DNA of 63,444 bases, counting the filler, from Octopus bimaculoides (lineage: Eukaryota), in the NCBI RefSeq assembly GCF_001194135.2. It is 6 parts of 4 records of this genome, joined end to end, with 100 filler letters (N's around TTAATTAATTAA, not from the genome) between each part and the next. Parts side by side here need not be neighbours in the genome. Positions count along the whole stretch, not along the records: positions 9,618 to 19,085 come from NC_068989.1; positions 19,186 to 24,119 come from NC_068986.1; 4 more parts are not named here. The stretch is one strand, 5' to 3'. Each line of letters starts with the position of its first letter. Position 1 is the stretch's first letter. Position numbers and translations under genes: made by a program. This document shows, in pieces, positions 13,869 to 24,219 of this stretch. Under the pieces are notes generated by a model. The model was given only the letters and a program-made list of their open reading frames with translations, was not told where the DNA came from and ran no database searches.

Positions 13869-14090
13869 CCATTGGTAAATCTTTGGGGGATACCTGTGCC
13901 AGAAGATCTGCATATGGTTTTGTATTATTTAATGTTTTTAAGGAATTCCAAGCTTTCAGGAACTCATAAGGAGTAGCTTTGTCTATATGTGGGGCAGACA
14001 CTGGAGTGGGACCAGCAACTTCAGAGTTTGATCTGTTTTTTTTACTGGAACTGTTGGTGCCAGCAGACTGTGAACCTTCTGGAACTTTGC
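13869..14090 (-). CDS. SPAG1: SPAG1-like exon (start of RPAP3_C domain), GKVPEGSQ...ATPYEFLKAWNSLKTLNNTKPYADLLAQVSPKDLPM
   Basis: tgttgttcAG acceptor, G|GTAAGT donor, 222 nt, phase 1/1. YEF..A.NSL and PKDLPM motifs match the SPAG1 C-terminal domain. Confidence 0.92.
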
Positions 14091-14361
14091 CTGAACAACA
14101 AAAAGAAACAAGCAATTGAAATTTTAAAAAGAAAAATCGGTAATTAAAATATATAAAAAAAAAAATTGAAAACAGACAGAGTAGCAGAAATTGTAAATAT
14201 CAGAACCAAATACTCAAGTATTTAGTTAAGAACTTCTATGTTCTGAGTTTAAATCCTACATGACTTAACAAAGGGGTTCATAAAATATAAGTGTAAAGCA
14301 TATTTAGGTGAAGTTACATGGCTACCTACAAAACACTAAAGTCCAATCTATTAATTAACAA

Positions 14362-14562
14362 TTGGCCTTCGTGCAGGTGGCACATAAAAGCACCCACTAC
14401 ACTCTCGGAGTGGTTGGCATTAGGAAGGGCATCCAGCTGTAGAAACTCTGCCAAATCAGATTGGAGCCTGGTGTAGCCATCTGGTTCACCAGTCCTCAGT
14501 CAAATCGTCCAACTCATGCTAGCATGGAAAGCGGACGTTAAGCGATGATGATGATGATGATC
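14362..14562 (+). mobile_element. Retroposon family C (GGAAGGGCATCCAGCTGTAGAAA block, (GAT)n tail) in a SPAG1 intron
   Basis: Related copies at ~11255-11410 (+), ~11465-11660 (+), ~15780-15930 (-) and ~16645-16900 (-). An RTE-type 3' tail is inferred. Confidence 0.8.
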
Positions 14563-14732
14563 TCATTATATTTCATTACTATAACAGACAGAAAACACTA
14601 AAGTTTGATTTACTAAGTAACAACACCTTACTGTATTTCACTATTACAACCGACAAAAAACACCAGCAATGTAGATCCTGATGAGATTCTCGATCCAGAC
14701 AATGCCACAATCAAATATTTTAATTCAATTAC

Positions 14733-14955
14733 CCTCAGACTTTTTGGAGTTTTTGTGATGTTTGCCATGTAACTTTGAGGAAGACTTCTGTGAGCTATCA
14801 TCTTCGACATCATGAACATGGAGTCTAGTTCTTTGTTTAGAATTCTTCTTGCTATTGCTGCCAGGACTGGTTGTTGGCCGTGATTCTTGGCTACATTTGT
14901 TGCAGTTTTTGGTGGTTTTGTTATCATCCATATTGGCTTTCATGGCATTTAGCTC
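14733..14955 (-). CDS. SPAG1: SPAG1-like exon (S/K/N-rich linker), ELNAMKANMDD...HHKNSKKSE
   Basis: ttcttccAG acceptor, G|GTAATT donor, 223 nt, phase 0/1, open frame (ORF 14725-15057). Confidence 0.85.
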
Positions 14956-14984
14956 CTGGAAGAAACAACAGCAAGACACATGTG

Positions 14985-15240
14985 ACAACGGAGTGAACAG
15001 TAACGATGTGTAACAATGTTGTAAACAGTAAAAAAACGTGAACAATATGGTGAACAATTAGTTCGTGTGTGACAATACAGTAAACAGTTAGTTCATGTAC
15101 GACATTATGGTAAACAGTTCATGTGACATGGTGAAGTTAGTTCATGTGTGTTAATATAGTAAACAGTTAGTTCATGTGTGACAATATGGTAAACAGTTCA
15201 TGAGTAACAATGTGATGAATAATAAGATATGTGACACTAA
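14985..15240. repeat. ~30-bp minisatellite (aaacagttagttcatgtgtgacaatatggt), about 7 degenerate units
   Basis: Directly visible tandem units. Confidence 0.8.
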
Positions 15241-16357
15241 TGAGAAGAATTTTCTAAAAAACTTTCCACCTTTTCTTGTCTTGTTCTTAATTGCTTTTAA
15301 CCTGTCCTAACTTTTCTTAATTTATTCAGTAACAGTATTCCATCCTCTTCTTTTACCTTCCTGACCTCTCCTGCTAACAGTGTTACCTTGTTGTCTTACT
15401 GTGTGTGACACTGTTGGAAACATGTGATGATGTGGTCAACATTTCTTTGGAGAAAGGGACATTAGGAGTGGGTCACCAAGACCCTTTCATAGTGTAGCAT
15501 AGCTTGATTTCAGGAGAAAAAGCGGAAAGAGAGAGAGAAGAACTGATGGCTTGACTAGTACATTATTTACTGATCATCTCCATACACCAGCTCCATCCCT
15601 ATCCCCATGAGGATGAAGGGCAAAGTTTGCTTCAGCAGAATTTGAACTCGTAATGTGGAATAATTATCACAAGTCATTTGTTTAACTCTCTAACAATTCT
15701 GCCAAATGATCACCTTGTAATGTGTGTGAGTATATGTGTGTGTGTGAGTATATGTGTGTGTGTGATATGTGTGGATAAGTCATCATCATTAATTAATGTC
15801 CGTTTTCCATGCTGGAATGGATTGGACCATTTGACAGGACGTGACAAGCCACAGGGCGACATTATGCAGCAGTGTCAGCTTTGACATGGTTCCTACAGCT
15901 GGATGCCTTTCCTAATGCCAACTACTTAACAGTGTGTGTGTGTATAACTGTGCTAAATCACTGCCTACCGGTGAACAAGCCAAGCACATAAATTGAATAT
16001 ATGTGGGCAATAATGTTTATAACACTAGCGCTGCTTCTAATTCATTCTTAGGTATGCATTGTCGTGGTATACCAGCAAATGGCTTTTACACTGTTCGTAT
16101 ACAATCATGGGCTTGGAATTCAGCTCACCTCCAATTCGGTTCAGGTACGTGATGTTGGTAAGCCACAAAACATTGGCAAAACATCTATGTCCTTCACTCT
16201 TGAATGGGATTTGGGGAGAGTTGTCTCCCCTGTCTATGACACCGAAATTTTAACACCTGGCGCCTTGAGAGTGGTGGGGTCATCCCCTCCATGATATATC
16301 GCACCCTACCAGCAAACAAGCAAAGCACATATATTGAGTATGTGTGCTTGATATGGT

Positions 16358-16402
16358 CGTACGCTGATGAAGGGAAATAACCCTGAAACTCAAGTACGTA
16401 CG
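16358..16402 (+). ncRNA. Type I hammerhead ribozyme, intact core (PLE-type, minimal stem III)
   Basis: Stem I CGTACG (16358-63) pairs with CGTACG (16397-402). CTGATGA 16364-70. Stem II AGGG-aaataa-CCCT. GAAA 16385-88. Stem III AC-tcaa-GT. GUA triplet, with predicted cleavage after 16396. Confidence 0.85.
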
Positions 16403-17167
16403 TATCGTAGATCAAGATGGGAAAGATAACTTCCCTTGGCAAATACAGACAGGACACAGATGTGTGTCGATAGCCAGCTGGAGGAGATGTCCTCCTGGGG
16501 CTAAAAGCAACAGTAACATCCACCCCTCGGGGTCAGCCACATTTAAGTGGCAAATATACTTCACTTTATCGTGCAGTTACTGTTAATACCTCGTTCAGAG
16601 ATTTAACATTGCTTATATATATATATGTATGTGTATATCATCATCATCATTTAATGCGTGTTTTCCATGCTGACATGAGTTGGATGGTTTGACTGACAAC
16701 TGGCAAGCTGGGGAGCTGCTCCAGGTCCCATTCTGATTTGGAATGGTATCTACAGCTTGATGCCCTTCCTAACACCGAGCACTCCAACAGTGTAGTGGGT
16801 GCTTTTTACGTGCCACCAACATGGATGTCAGTTAGGTAACACCGGCATCGGCCACAACTGCGATCTCACTTGGCCTGACAGGTCTTCTCAAGCATGACAT
16901 ATTGCCCATATATATACATGTCAAAATTAGTGTGACCAATGAAAACAACTTGTGTTATTTCAATACACTTCTTTAAGCCCAGTTGCTCTTGTTTTTTTAA
17001 CCACCAAGTTTGATACACTAAGTATTGGGGGAGGGGTCGATAAAAATAAACCAACCCCAGGAAAGACAGTGCTCCAAAATTAGTAATACTAGTAAACGGC
17101 GAGGAAAAGATGTAAAGAACAAATAAGAACTGACAAATAAAAATAAACAAAAACAAAACAACTGTAC

Positions 17168-17281
17168 CTGTCTCCAAAGGTTCTTTCCGATTTCTAATTC
17201 CTTTTTAGCTGTGCTGTTCTCTGGATCCAGGTTAAGAAGATTCTTCAAGTCACTAATACTGGCCCGGTAATTTTTTAATAG
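17168..17281 (-). CDS. SPAG1: SPAG1-like exon (TPR end), LLKNYRASISDLKNLLNLDPENSTAKKELEIGKNLWRQ
   Basis: ttttgtAG acceptor, CAG|GTACAG donor, 114 nt, phase 0/0. Resembles the last TPR of human SPAG1 (LKNYQKSLIDL...LDP) as I recall it. Confidence 0.9.
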
Positions 17282-17368
17282 CTACAAAATGAAATTTCAG
17301 AGAAAACCGTTCTTTTACAACAGCATAAAAATCACAAAGGTTTGAAATATAAGTATTATACCACACAG

Positions 17369-17399
<31 letters not shown>

Positions 17400-17571
17400 T
17401 AAAAAAAGAAGATTAATCTAAAGAAAAGAGCATTATCATTATCATTTTAACATTCAATCTTTATTCATGGTTAAAATGAAAATCAAGATATAGAAACGAT
17501 TCATCAAATAAACAACACCAGTAGTGGCCCCTGGATGAATTCCTTCAATTCGTAATGAAATACTACATTAC

Positions 17572-17661
17572 CTTATTCGCCTGTGCACGTCGGAACAAAG
17601 TTTTGATGTTGCTGGACTCCAAATGGAGACTTTCATCACAGTCAACTACAGCTTCAGAAGC
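17572..17661 (-). CDS. SPAG1: SPAG1-like exon (first visible; TPR), ASEAVVDCDESLHLESSNIKTLFRRAQANK
   Basis: ttttgcAG acceptor, AAG|GTAATG donor, 90 nt, phase 0/0. TPR helix B motif (KxLFRRAQA) runs in frame into the next exon. Confidence 0.9.
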
Positions 17662-18139
17662 CTGCAAAATAAACATAGTGATAACATTCATTTATGGGTC
17701 ACACATAAACAAGACATTGTTTCACAACAACAATGAATCTACTTCAGATACATTTCAAGGAGTTGATCTATCTCCTACCTGTGTAAACTTATGAAAATTT
17801 TGTCTACAGTGCACTTAGTCTGAGAAAAAAAATAGGGATGGTCATAGTTTGAAAGCCCCTGAACAATTATTTTGTTTAACCCTTTTGATACCAACCCACC
17901 TGAGACCATCCTTGCTTCTATGATACAAACTTTTTGTTTTAAAGGAATCTAAATTAAAACATTCCAAAAAAAATTCCATATTAATTTATGTTCCAAATAA
18001 CTCCTGAAATATGCATATACACTTGTTATCTACTTTTTTATCTTCAACTGCATTGTTTACAAGAAGGTATTCATATACAAAACGTTTGACTTTCAGTACT
18101 AGTTCGAAAATCTGTGGAAATAATCTTAAAAGAGAGTAC

Positions 18140-18852
18140 ATTGTACTTAGAAATAAAGGACAAAAATGCCATGGCTGGTGATAAGTGCAGATTCTGTGGA
18201 CAAAACGGTGAAATCTTATGGCATATTACCAGCCAATGTACGCCACTAGCTCAGAAGGAATATAAGAGATGCCACGACAATATAGCCAGGCTTGTACATT
18301 GGACACTCTGCAACAAGTATGGACTTGACAGAGCAAAAATTGGTACGACCACAAACCTGAAGGCATCGTCGAAAATAGAAATGCAAAGATCCTATGGGAT
18401 TTTATGATTCAGTGCAACCATGAGAGAGAGAATAGGAAGCCAAACATAGTCTTAATTGAGAAAGAAAACAAACTATGCTGGATGATAGATATAGCATTCC
18501 CAGCTGACAACAAGGTATGCGATAAGGAAGAAAGAAAAGTTGAGAGATATGACAGGTTAGCTTGGGAAGTTAAGCAGTTGTGGTCAATGAAAAAAGTAGC
18601 AGTAGTACCAATAATTGTCAGAGCCCTGGGAACAGTGAGCAAAGATCTCGAGAAGTACATGGAACAAATAGGAGCTGCAATAAGGGTGGAGCACCTGCAG
18701 AAAACAGCACTGCTTGGAAGTGCTTGAATACTCCGGAAGGTGATTGTAAAATAAGAGGTGTTACCTTAGTTCACTGGTAGTGAACAGCTGACAGTATAGT
18801 ACACCTCCAGCGTTAGAAGCTGTGCAAAGGCAATAATAATAATAATAATAAT
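18140..18852 (+). mobile_element. 5'-truncated R4/Dong-like LINE 3' end (CCHC finger plus restriction-like endonuclease), antisense in a SPAG1 intron
   Basis: CRFC..E...HITSQC..LAQKEYKRCHD, ILWDF.IQ, KPNIVL, IDIAFP, K.ERY..L, VVPIIV.ALG. One frameshift near 18340 and a premature stop at ~18725. Short 3' UTR and (AAT)n tail. Confidence 0.88.
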
Positions 18853-19056
18853 CCTTTCTACTAAAGGCAAATTTTGGAAGAGGGGACTAGTCGACTACAT
18901 TGACCCCAGTGTTTATTGGTACTTAATTTATCAACCCCAGAAAGGATGAAAGGCAAAGTTGACCTCGGCGGAATCTAAACCCAGAACGAAGTGACAGCTG
19001 GAATACCACTAAGCATTTCGTCTGGTGTGCTAGCGATTCTGCCAACTCACCATCTT
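18845..19056 (-). mobile_element. SINE family B copy inserted at the LINE (AAT)n tail
   Basis: Reverse complement aligns to family B; flanked by (AAT)n on both sides. Confidence 0.85.
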
Positions 19057-19384
19057 AATAATAATAATAATATGCGTGAAAAAGTNNNNNNNNNNNNNNN
19101 NNNNNNNNNNNNNNNNNNNNNNNNNNNNNTTAATTAATTAANNNNNNNNNNNNNNNNNNNNNNNNNNNNNNNNNNNNNNNNNNNNATATTCAATCCATCT
19201 CTTCCATTCGTTTCGTTTTTTTTTTTGTCCCTAACTTGTGCTATCCTCTCTATGTATCCCCTCTATGTATAACGATAATAATAATGATAATAATAATAAT
19301 AATAATAATAATGATGATGATGACAATGATAATAATGGTGTATCCCTTTGTGCTATCCCCTTCATGGCCAATTTCATGAAATAA

Positions 19385-19785
19385 AGAAGCTTGCTTCCAA
19401 CCACATGGTTCCGGATTCAGTACCACTGTGTGACACCTTGAGCACGTGTCTTCTACTATAACCTTGGGCAGACCAAAGCTTTGTGAGTGGATTTGCTACA
19501 TGGAAACTGAAAGAAGCTCGTCGTATATGTATATATATATATTTATGTATATATTTATGTGTATGTGTGTTTCTGTGTTTATGTCCCCACCATCACTTGA
19601 CAACCGATGCTGGTGTGTTTACGTCCCCGTAACTTAACGGTTCGGCAAAAAGACTCCGATGCCTAAGTACTAAACTTACAAAGAACAAGTCCTGGAATCG
19701 ATTTCTTCGACTTAAACCCTTTAAGATGGTGCCCCAGCATGGCCGTAGTCAAATGACCGGAACAAGTAGGAGTAAAAGTAAAAAT
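19385..19785 (+). mobile_element. SINE family A copy
   Basis: Aligns by eye to 4653-4960, 51080-51520 and 62505-62712. Confidence 0.85.
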
Positions 19786-19880
19786 ACGACTCGCACCCAC
19801 TTGTAGGTTATGTGGGTATTAATAGATTATATACTGTCATCTAAGCTAAAACTGGGATTTGTTTTTGAAAACTGGTACTA

Positions 19881-20195
19881 GTGGACGCACATGGCCTAGT
19901 AGTTAGAGCCGCGGACTCGTGGTCGAGGGATCGCGGGTCGGAATCTCCGACCGGGTGATGTGTGTGTTTAGGAGCGAAGCACCTAAGGTCCACGCGGCTC
20001 CCACAGAACGTGACGGTGAACTTCTACTGACTCTTTCGCCACAACTTTCTCTCGGTCTTTCCTCCTGCATCTAGCAGCTCACCTGCAACGGACCAGCGTC
20101 CCCAAGTGGGGAACCTATACGCCAATGAAACCGGGAAACCTGCCCTTATGAGCCAGGCATAGCTCGTGAAGGAACAAACAACAACAATCAACAAA
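19881..20195 (+). mobile_element. tRNA-derived SINE family D, tail type 1 ((AAC)n end)
   Basis: TGGCCTAGTAGTTAG A box and B-box-like GGGTCGGAATC; ends gaaggaacaaacaacaac. Confidence 0.8.
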
Positions 20196-20419
20196 CTAGT
20201 TCTAACTCCACACGATAGACACGTTAAGAATTGAACCTAGTTGTACGGGTGTAATTTTAAGAGATTAAACTTTCTTGGTTTATTACATTAAGTATTTTAA
20301 CGCTCACTTTTTTTTTCTTATATTAAGCACTCTTAATATTTTTTTCGGTCATTCTTTTAATTATTATGCTATTCGATGTTGGTACTATATTCCCTATAAA
20401 TATTTTACGATCATGCAGT

Positions 20420-20630
20420 GATGGTTAGAATGTGCTTCACAGAAGAGGCTTAATAAGACCGGAATATGTCCGGTGTTGCTTTCATTCTTCCAAAGACCAG
20501 AAAGACCTTCCACTGATTTCACAGTAACAGTTAGATTGCGTTTTGCTGAAGAAGTTTAATAAGACCGAAATATGTCCAGAGTTGTCACCATACTGCCAAA
20601 GATCAAACAGACTTTCCACTGCATTCTATT
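20420..20630 (+). repeat. Tandem dimer of a ~106-bp unit, each unit with a hammerhead-like motif
   Basis: TAATAAGACC at 20451 and 20557 (offset 106). Flanks align (gttagaatgtgc/gttagattgcgt; ccaaaga; ttccactg). Confidence 0.8.
20541..20581 (+). ncRNA. Degenerate minimal hammerhead motif, copy 2 of 106-bp tandem
   Basis: ttttg-CTGAAGA-a-gttt-aata-agac-c-GAAA-tat-GTC-cagag. Core intact; stem I pairs with two G.U wobbles. Confidence 0.55.
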
Positions 20631-21649
20631 TTGGATTAATTTTCATAATTTAATATCTGGGCGGTGGGGGTGTCTCCCCATTTTCTAGTTTATTGTAGCA
20701 TTAAGTATGTTACCGCCCACTGCTGTGTCCTACTTCTTCCCTAAAGAGATGAGGTGTAGGTTTAGTTCGGTAGCCTAGATTAAAACCCAAGCCGGAGATA
20801 TTTCTGACGTCTTTAGTACGGTACAGATTATGATTGATGGCGTGCATACGTCTGGACTAGAGCTGATAAAGACTACTTTAGACATGGCTACCGAATATTG
20901 ATCACGCTATAAAGGCATCGTTTGATTATTGATGACCACAAAGAAAGTAATACTGCTCCAGTATTGCTAACTATAAACACGAAAGATGCTTTTCAACATT
21001 CGTACGCTCATTTTTGCTACAGCTGCTGCTGCTGTTGTGTTGTTGTTGTTGTTTTTTTATATTATTCTTAATTTTCTTGTCCTTGTTTCTATCCAACAAT
21101 ACATTACGATGACCATGACTATGGTATATTGGGGTACATTGATAACGATGTTACGTGCATCTAAATGTAAATATAGAGAGATTTTCTTTTCGTCTTTGAG
21201 CATTTAAAAATCAATAACTACCAACATTAAAAATAAATAAGCAGATAATCAGGTGACGGCCCAGAATTACAATTGGTTTAATCGGTAGTGTCCCCCACCG
21301 TCTTAGCTGTGAAGCTGAGGGTTCGTGTTCGTTTCATGGTGTTGGTGTATGCTGATAACTAAAGCAAATACACTTTTGCTGGTTTAGTCTCCATCACCGC
21401 CTGATCTTAATTACTGATCCAGCCTGTAGTATATGTTCTCGTGCAAACTTTATTATTCGTACCCCTACCTTTAGCATATGGCTTCGATGAAAATGAGACA
21501 CATATTCTGAACTTTGGATATACTGCGTATCAACCATTTGATATTTATTTTATATTCTGATTTATACTTGCCGTCTTTATTGTTACTGCTGTTGTTTTGA
21601 TTGAAGCTAAACAAGCAGTTTACCATATAAACTTTTTTATATTCTTTTC

Positions 21650-22032
21650 TACTCTAAGCACAAGGCCTGAAATTTTTGGAGAAGGGGGCCAGTCGATTAG
21701 ATCGATCCAGTACGCAACTGGTACTTAATTTATCGACCGCGAAAGGATGAAAGCAAAGTCGAATTTGAACTCAGAACGTAGCGGCAGACGAAATACCTAT
21801 TTCGTTATTGCCCACAAGGGGCTAAACATAGAGGGAACAAACAAGAACAGACGAACGGATTAAGTCGATTACATCGACCCCCAGTGCGTAACTGGTACTT
21901 AATTTATCGACCCCGAAAGGATGAAAGGCAAAGTCAACCTTGGCGGAATTTGAACTCAGAACGTAACGGCAGACGAAATACCGCTAAAGCATTTCACCCG
22001 GCGTGCTAACGTTTCTGCCAGCACGCCGCCTT
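21650..22032 (-). mobile_element. SINE family B (tRNA head plus Meta-like GCCTTTCATCCTTTCGGGGTCGATAAA), internally duplicated copy
   Basis: The block ttacg/ctacg..ttctgagttcaaatt..ctttcatcc..ggtcgataaattaagtaccag occurs twice. The central domain resembles the MetaSINE domain as I recall it. Confidence 0.85.
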
Positions 22033-22044
22033 ATAAACTGTTTC

Positions 22045-22095
<51 letters not shown>

Positions 22096-23349
22096 AAAAT
22101 TTCTTTTTAACTCAGTATATGAATAGGACACAAAGACTTAAAAAATATACGGATGTATCAACTGCCCATCTTCTTCAATCTTTTTGATCCGCAGTACTCA
22201 GAAGCGTAGCATGAGGAGCGCAAGGTGTGCGAACCACTAAGAGGGCTACTTTATATGCGTATAATTAGAGAAGCCGATTTGGCTATCGCTAGAATTGGCT
22301 TAACAGAAGATTCGTTAATTATTTGGCGAATTCCTTCATTGCAGGAAATATGCTGTACCTATTCAAATATAACTTAGCAGTCATGTAAACAAACTAACCA
22401 GCGGAAATGTATTTATCATATCAATCGGCACAAGCTTTTTGTTTTTAATCATGTGACACTGCGTGCTTTCGCAAGTGACTATTTGTTCAGAAACTTCACA
22501 GAATTTCAGCCAGTGACTTTTACAAATCCTGATGTCACACACTTCTCAATGTGATTGTCGTTTGTTTTCGCTGAAGGTTGTCGATATTTAGAATAATTTT
22601 CGGTAGATGTTATACTCAAGTTGAAACGCTAGTACAACTTACACTTGTGACATTGCGAAAGGCTCGGAAATTTTCTTTTTTTTTCCTATTTGAAAATGAA
22701 GTTGTCTTTCAGAATACTTCCTTGTTAAACTTGCGATAGATCGTTGCGTGCACTAAACCTATATTCACTCTACAGCGTGTAGATCGATGACTCAGTGAAG
22801 TGGCGCGATATAGTGGCTGATATTAAAACTGCAGTCTATGGTGGAGAGCTGGTTGAAGTGTTAAAGCATACAGAGAACGCTTTGCAGTTCTGATGCTTTA
22901 TTTTATCGATCCTGAAAGGATGTAAAGCATAGTTCACTTCGGCGGGAACGTAAAGACGGATGAATTACCGCTGAGAATTTTTGCCCAGTGCGTTGAAGAT
23001 TCAGCCAGTCTTGCTAACGGCTACTAATAGCTACTAACAGCTGTTTAGGCACAAGGCCAGCAACTTCGATGTTATAGAGTACCAGATCTTAACCTATTCA
23101 TGCCGATCGTCCGTTTAAACTGACACTTAATTTATAAGGGTATAAAGCAAATACTTGATACAAATTGTGATTTGTGTATGATCTGTACCAAAGAATGAAA
23201 CACGTTCTTAACGCGTATTTCAATGAAAATGTTTTCAGTTGTTATTTAGGTCAAAATAATAGTATCTGCGAATTTTCAGGCAATTTCATTTACTAGAAAA
23301 CTTTCGGCACGAATAGGTTAATTGACACCTTTTTTTTTATCGAAACCGA

Positions 23350-23807
23350 ATGCTCTCTTCTGGCTCTTAACGTTCTGAATTCAAATTCTGTCGAGGTCAA
23401 CTTCGCCTTTCATTCTTTTGGGGTCGGTAACATAAAGTACAAGTCAAGTACTGAGACCGATAGTATCAACTAAGCCCACCTCTCAAAGTCGTTGGCCTTG
23501 TACATTTAAGATGGGCGAACTGGCAGAATCGCTAGAGCGTCGGCGAAAATATCTTGTGCTATTTCTTCCGATTCCTTACGTTCCGAATACAAACCACGCT
23601 GAGTTCAATTTTGCCTTTCATCCCTTCGGTTTCGATAAAATTGGTGCCAATTAAGATCTGGTACTCTATAACATCGACTTAAAGCTCCCCGTCAAAGTTG
23701 CTGATCTTGCGCCGAAATAAGAAACCGGTATTAAGACTGGCAGAATCGTTAAAACACTGGGCAAAAATACTTAGCGGTATTTCATCCGTCTTTACGTTCC
23801 CAGTTCG
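23350..23807 (+). mobile_element. Head-to-tail array of decayed SINE family B copies
   Basis: Heads (ctggcagaatc) at ~23520 and ~23737, plus a body starting at ~23365. Confidence 0.75.
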
Positions 23808-24119
23808 TGGAGGCGCAATGGTCCAGTGGTTAGAGCAGCGGACTCGCGGTCATAGGATCGCTGTTTCGATTCCCAGATCGGGCGTTATGAGTGTTTATTG
23901 AGCGAAAACACCTAAAGTTCCACGAGGCTCCGGCAGGGGATGGTGGCGAACCCTGCGGTACTCTTTCACCACAACTTTCTCTCACTCTTACTTCCTGTTT
24001 CTGTTGTGCCTGTAATTCAAAGGGTCAGCCTTGTCACGCTGTGTCACGCTGAATATCCCCGAGAACTACGTTAAGGGTACACGTGTCTGTGGAGTGCTCA
24101 GCCACTTGCACGTTAATTT
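23808..24119 (+). mobile_element. tRNA-derived SINE family D, tail type 2, truncated by linker
   Basis: TGGTCCAGTGGTTAG A box and GTTTCGATTCC B box. Shares head and body with 19881-20060, then diverges. Confidence 0.8.
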
Positions 24120-24219
24120 NNNNNNNNNNNNNNNNNNNNNNNNNNNNNNNNNNNNNNNNNNNNTTAATTAATTAANNNNNNNNNNNNNNNNNNNNNNNNN
24201 NNNNNNNNNNNNNNNNNNN

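Noticed and set aside
17778-17818. 41-nt segment with good acceptor and donor just upstream of the first visible SPAG1 exon
   Set aside because: The frame required to join the phase-0 exon at 17661 contains an immediate TAA stop.
21270-21340. tRNA-like A and B boxes
   Set aside because: No cloverleaf; most likely a decayed SINE head. No true tRNA, rRNA or CRISPR array was found anywhere in the window.
22051-22092. Long poly(A) run
   Set aside because: No upstream retrocopy ORF or TSD identified; treated as a simple repeat.
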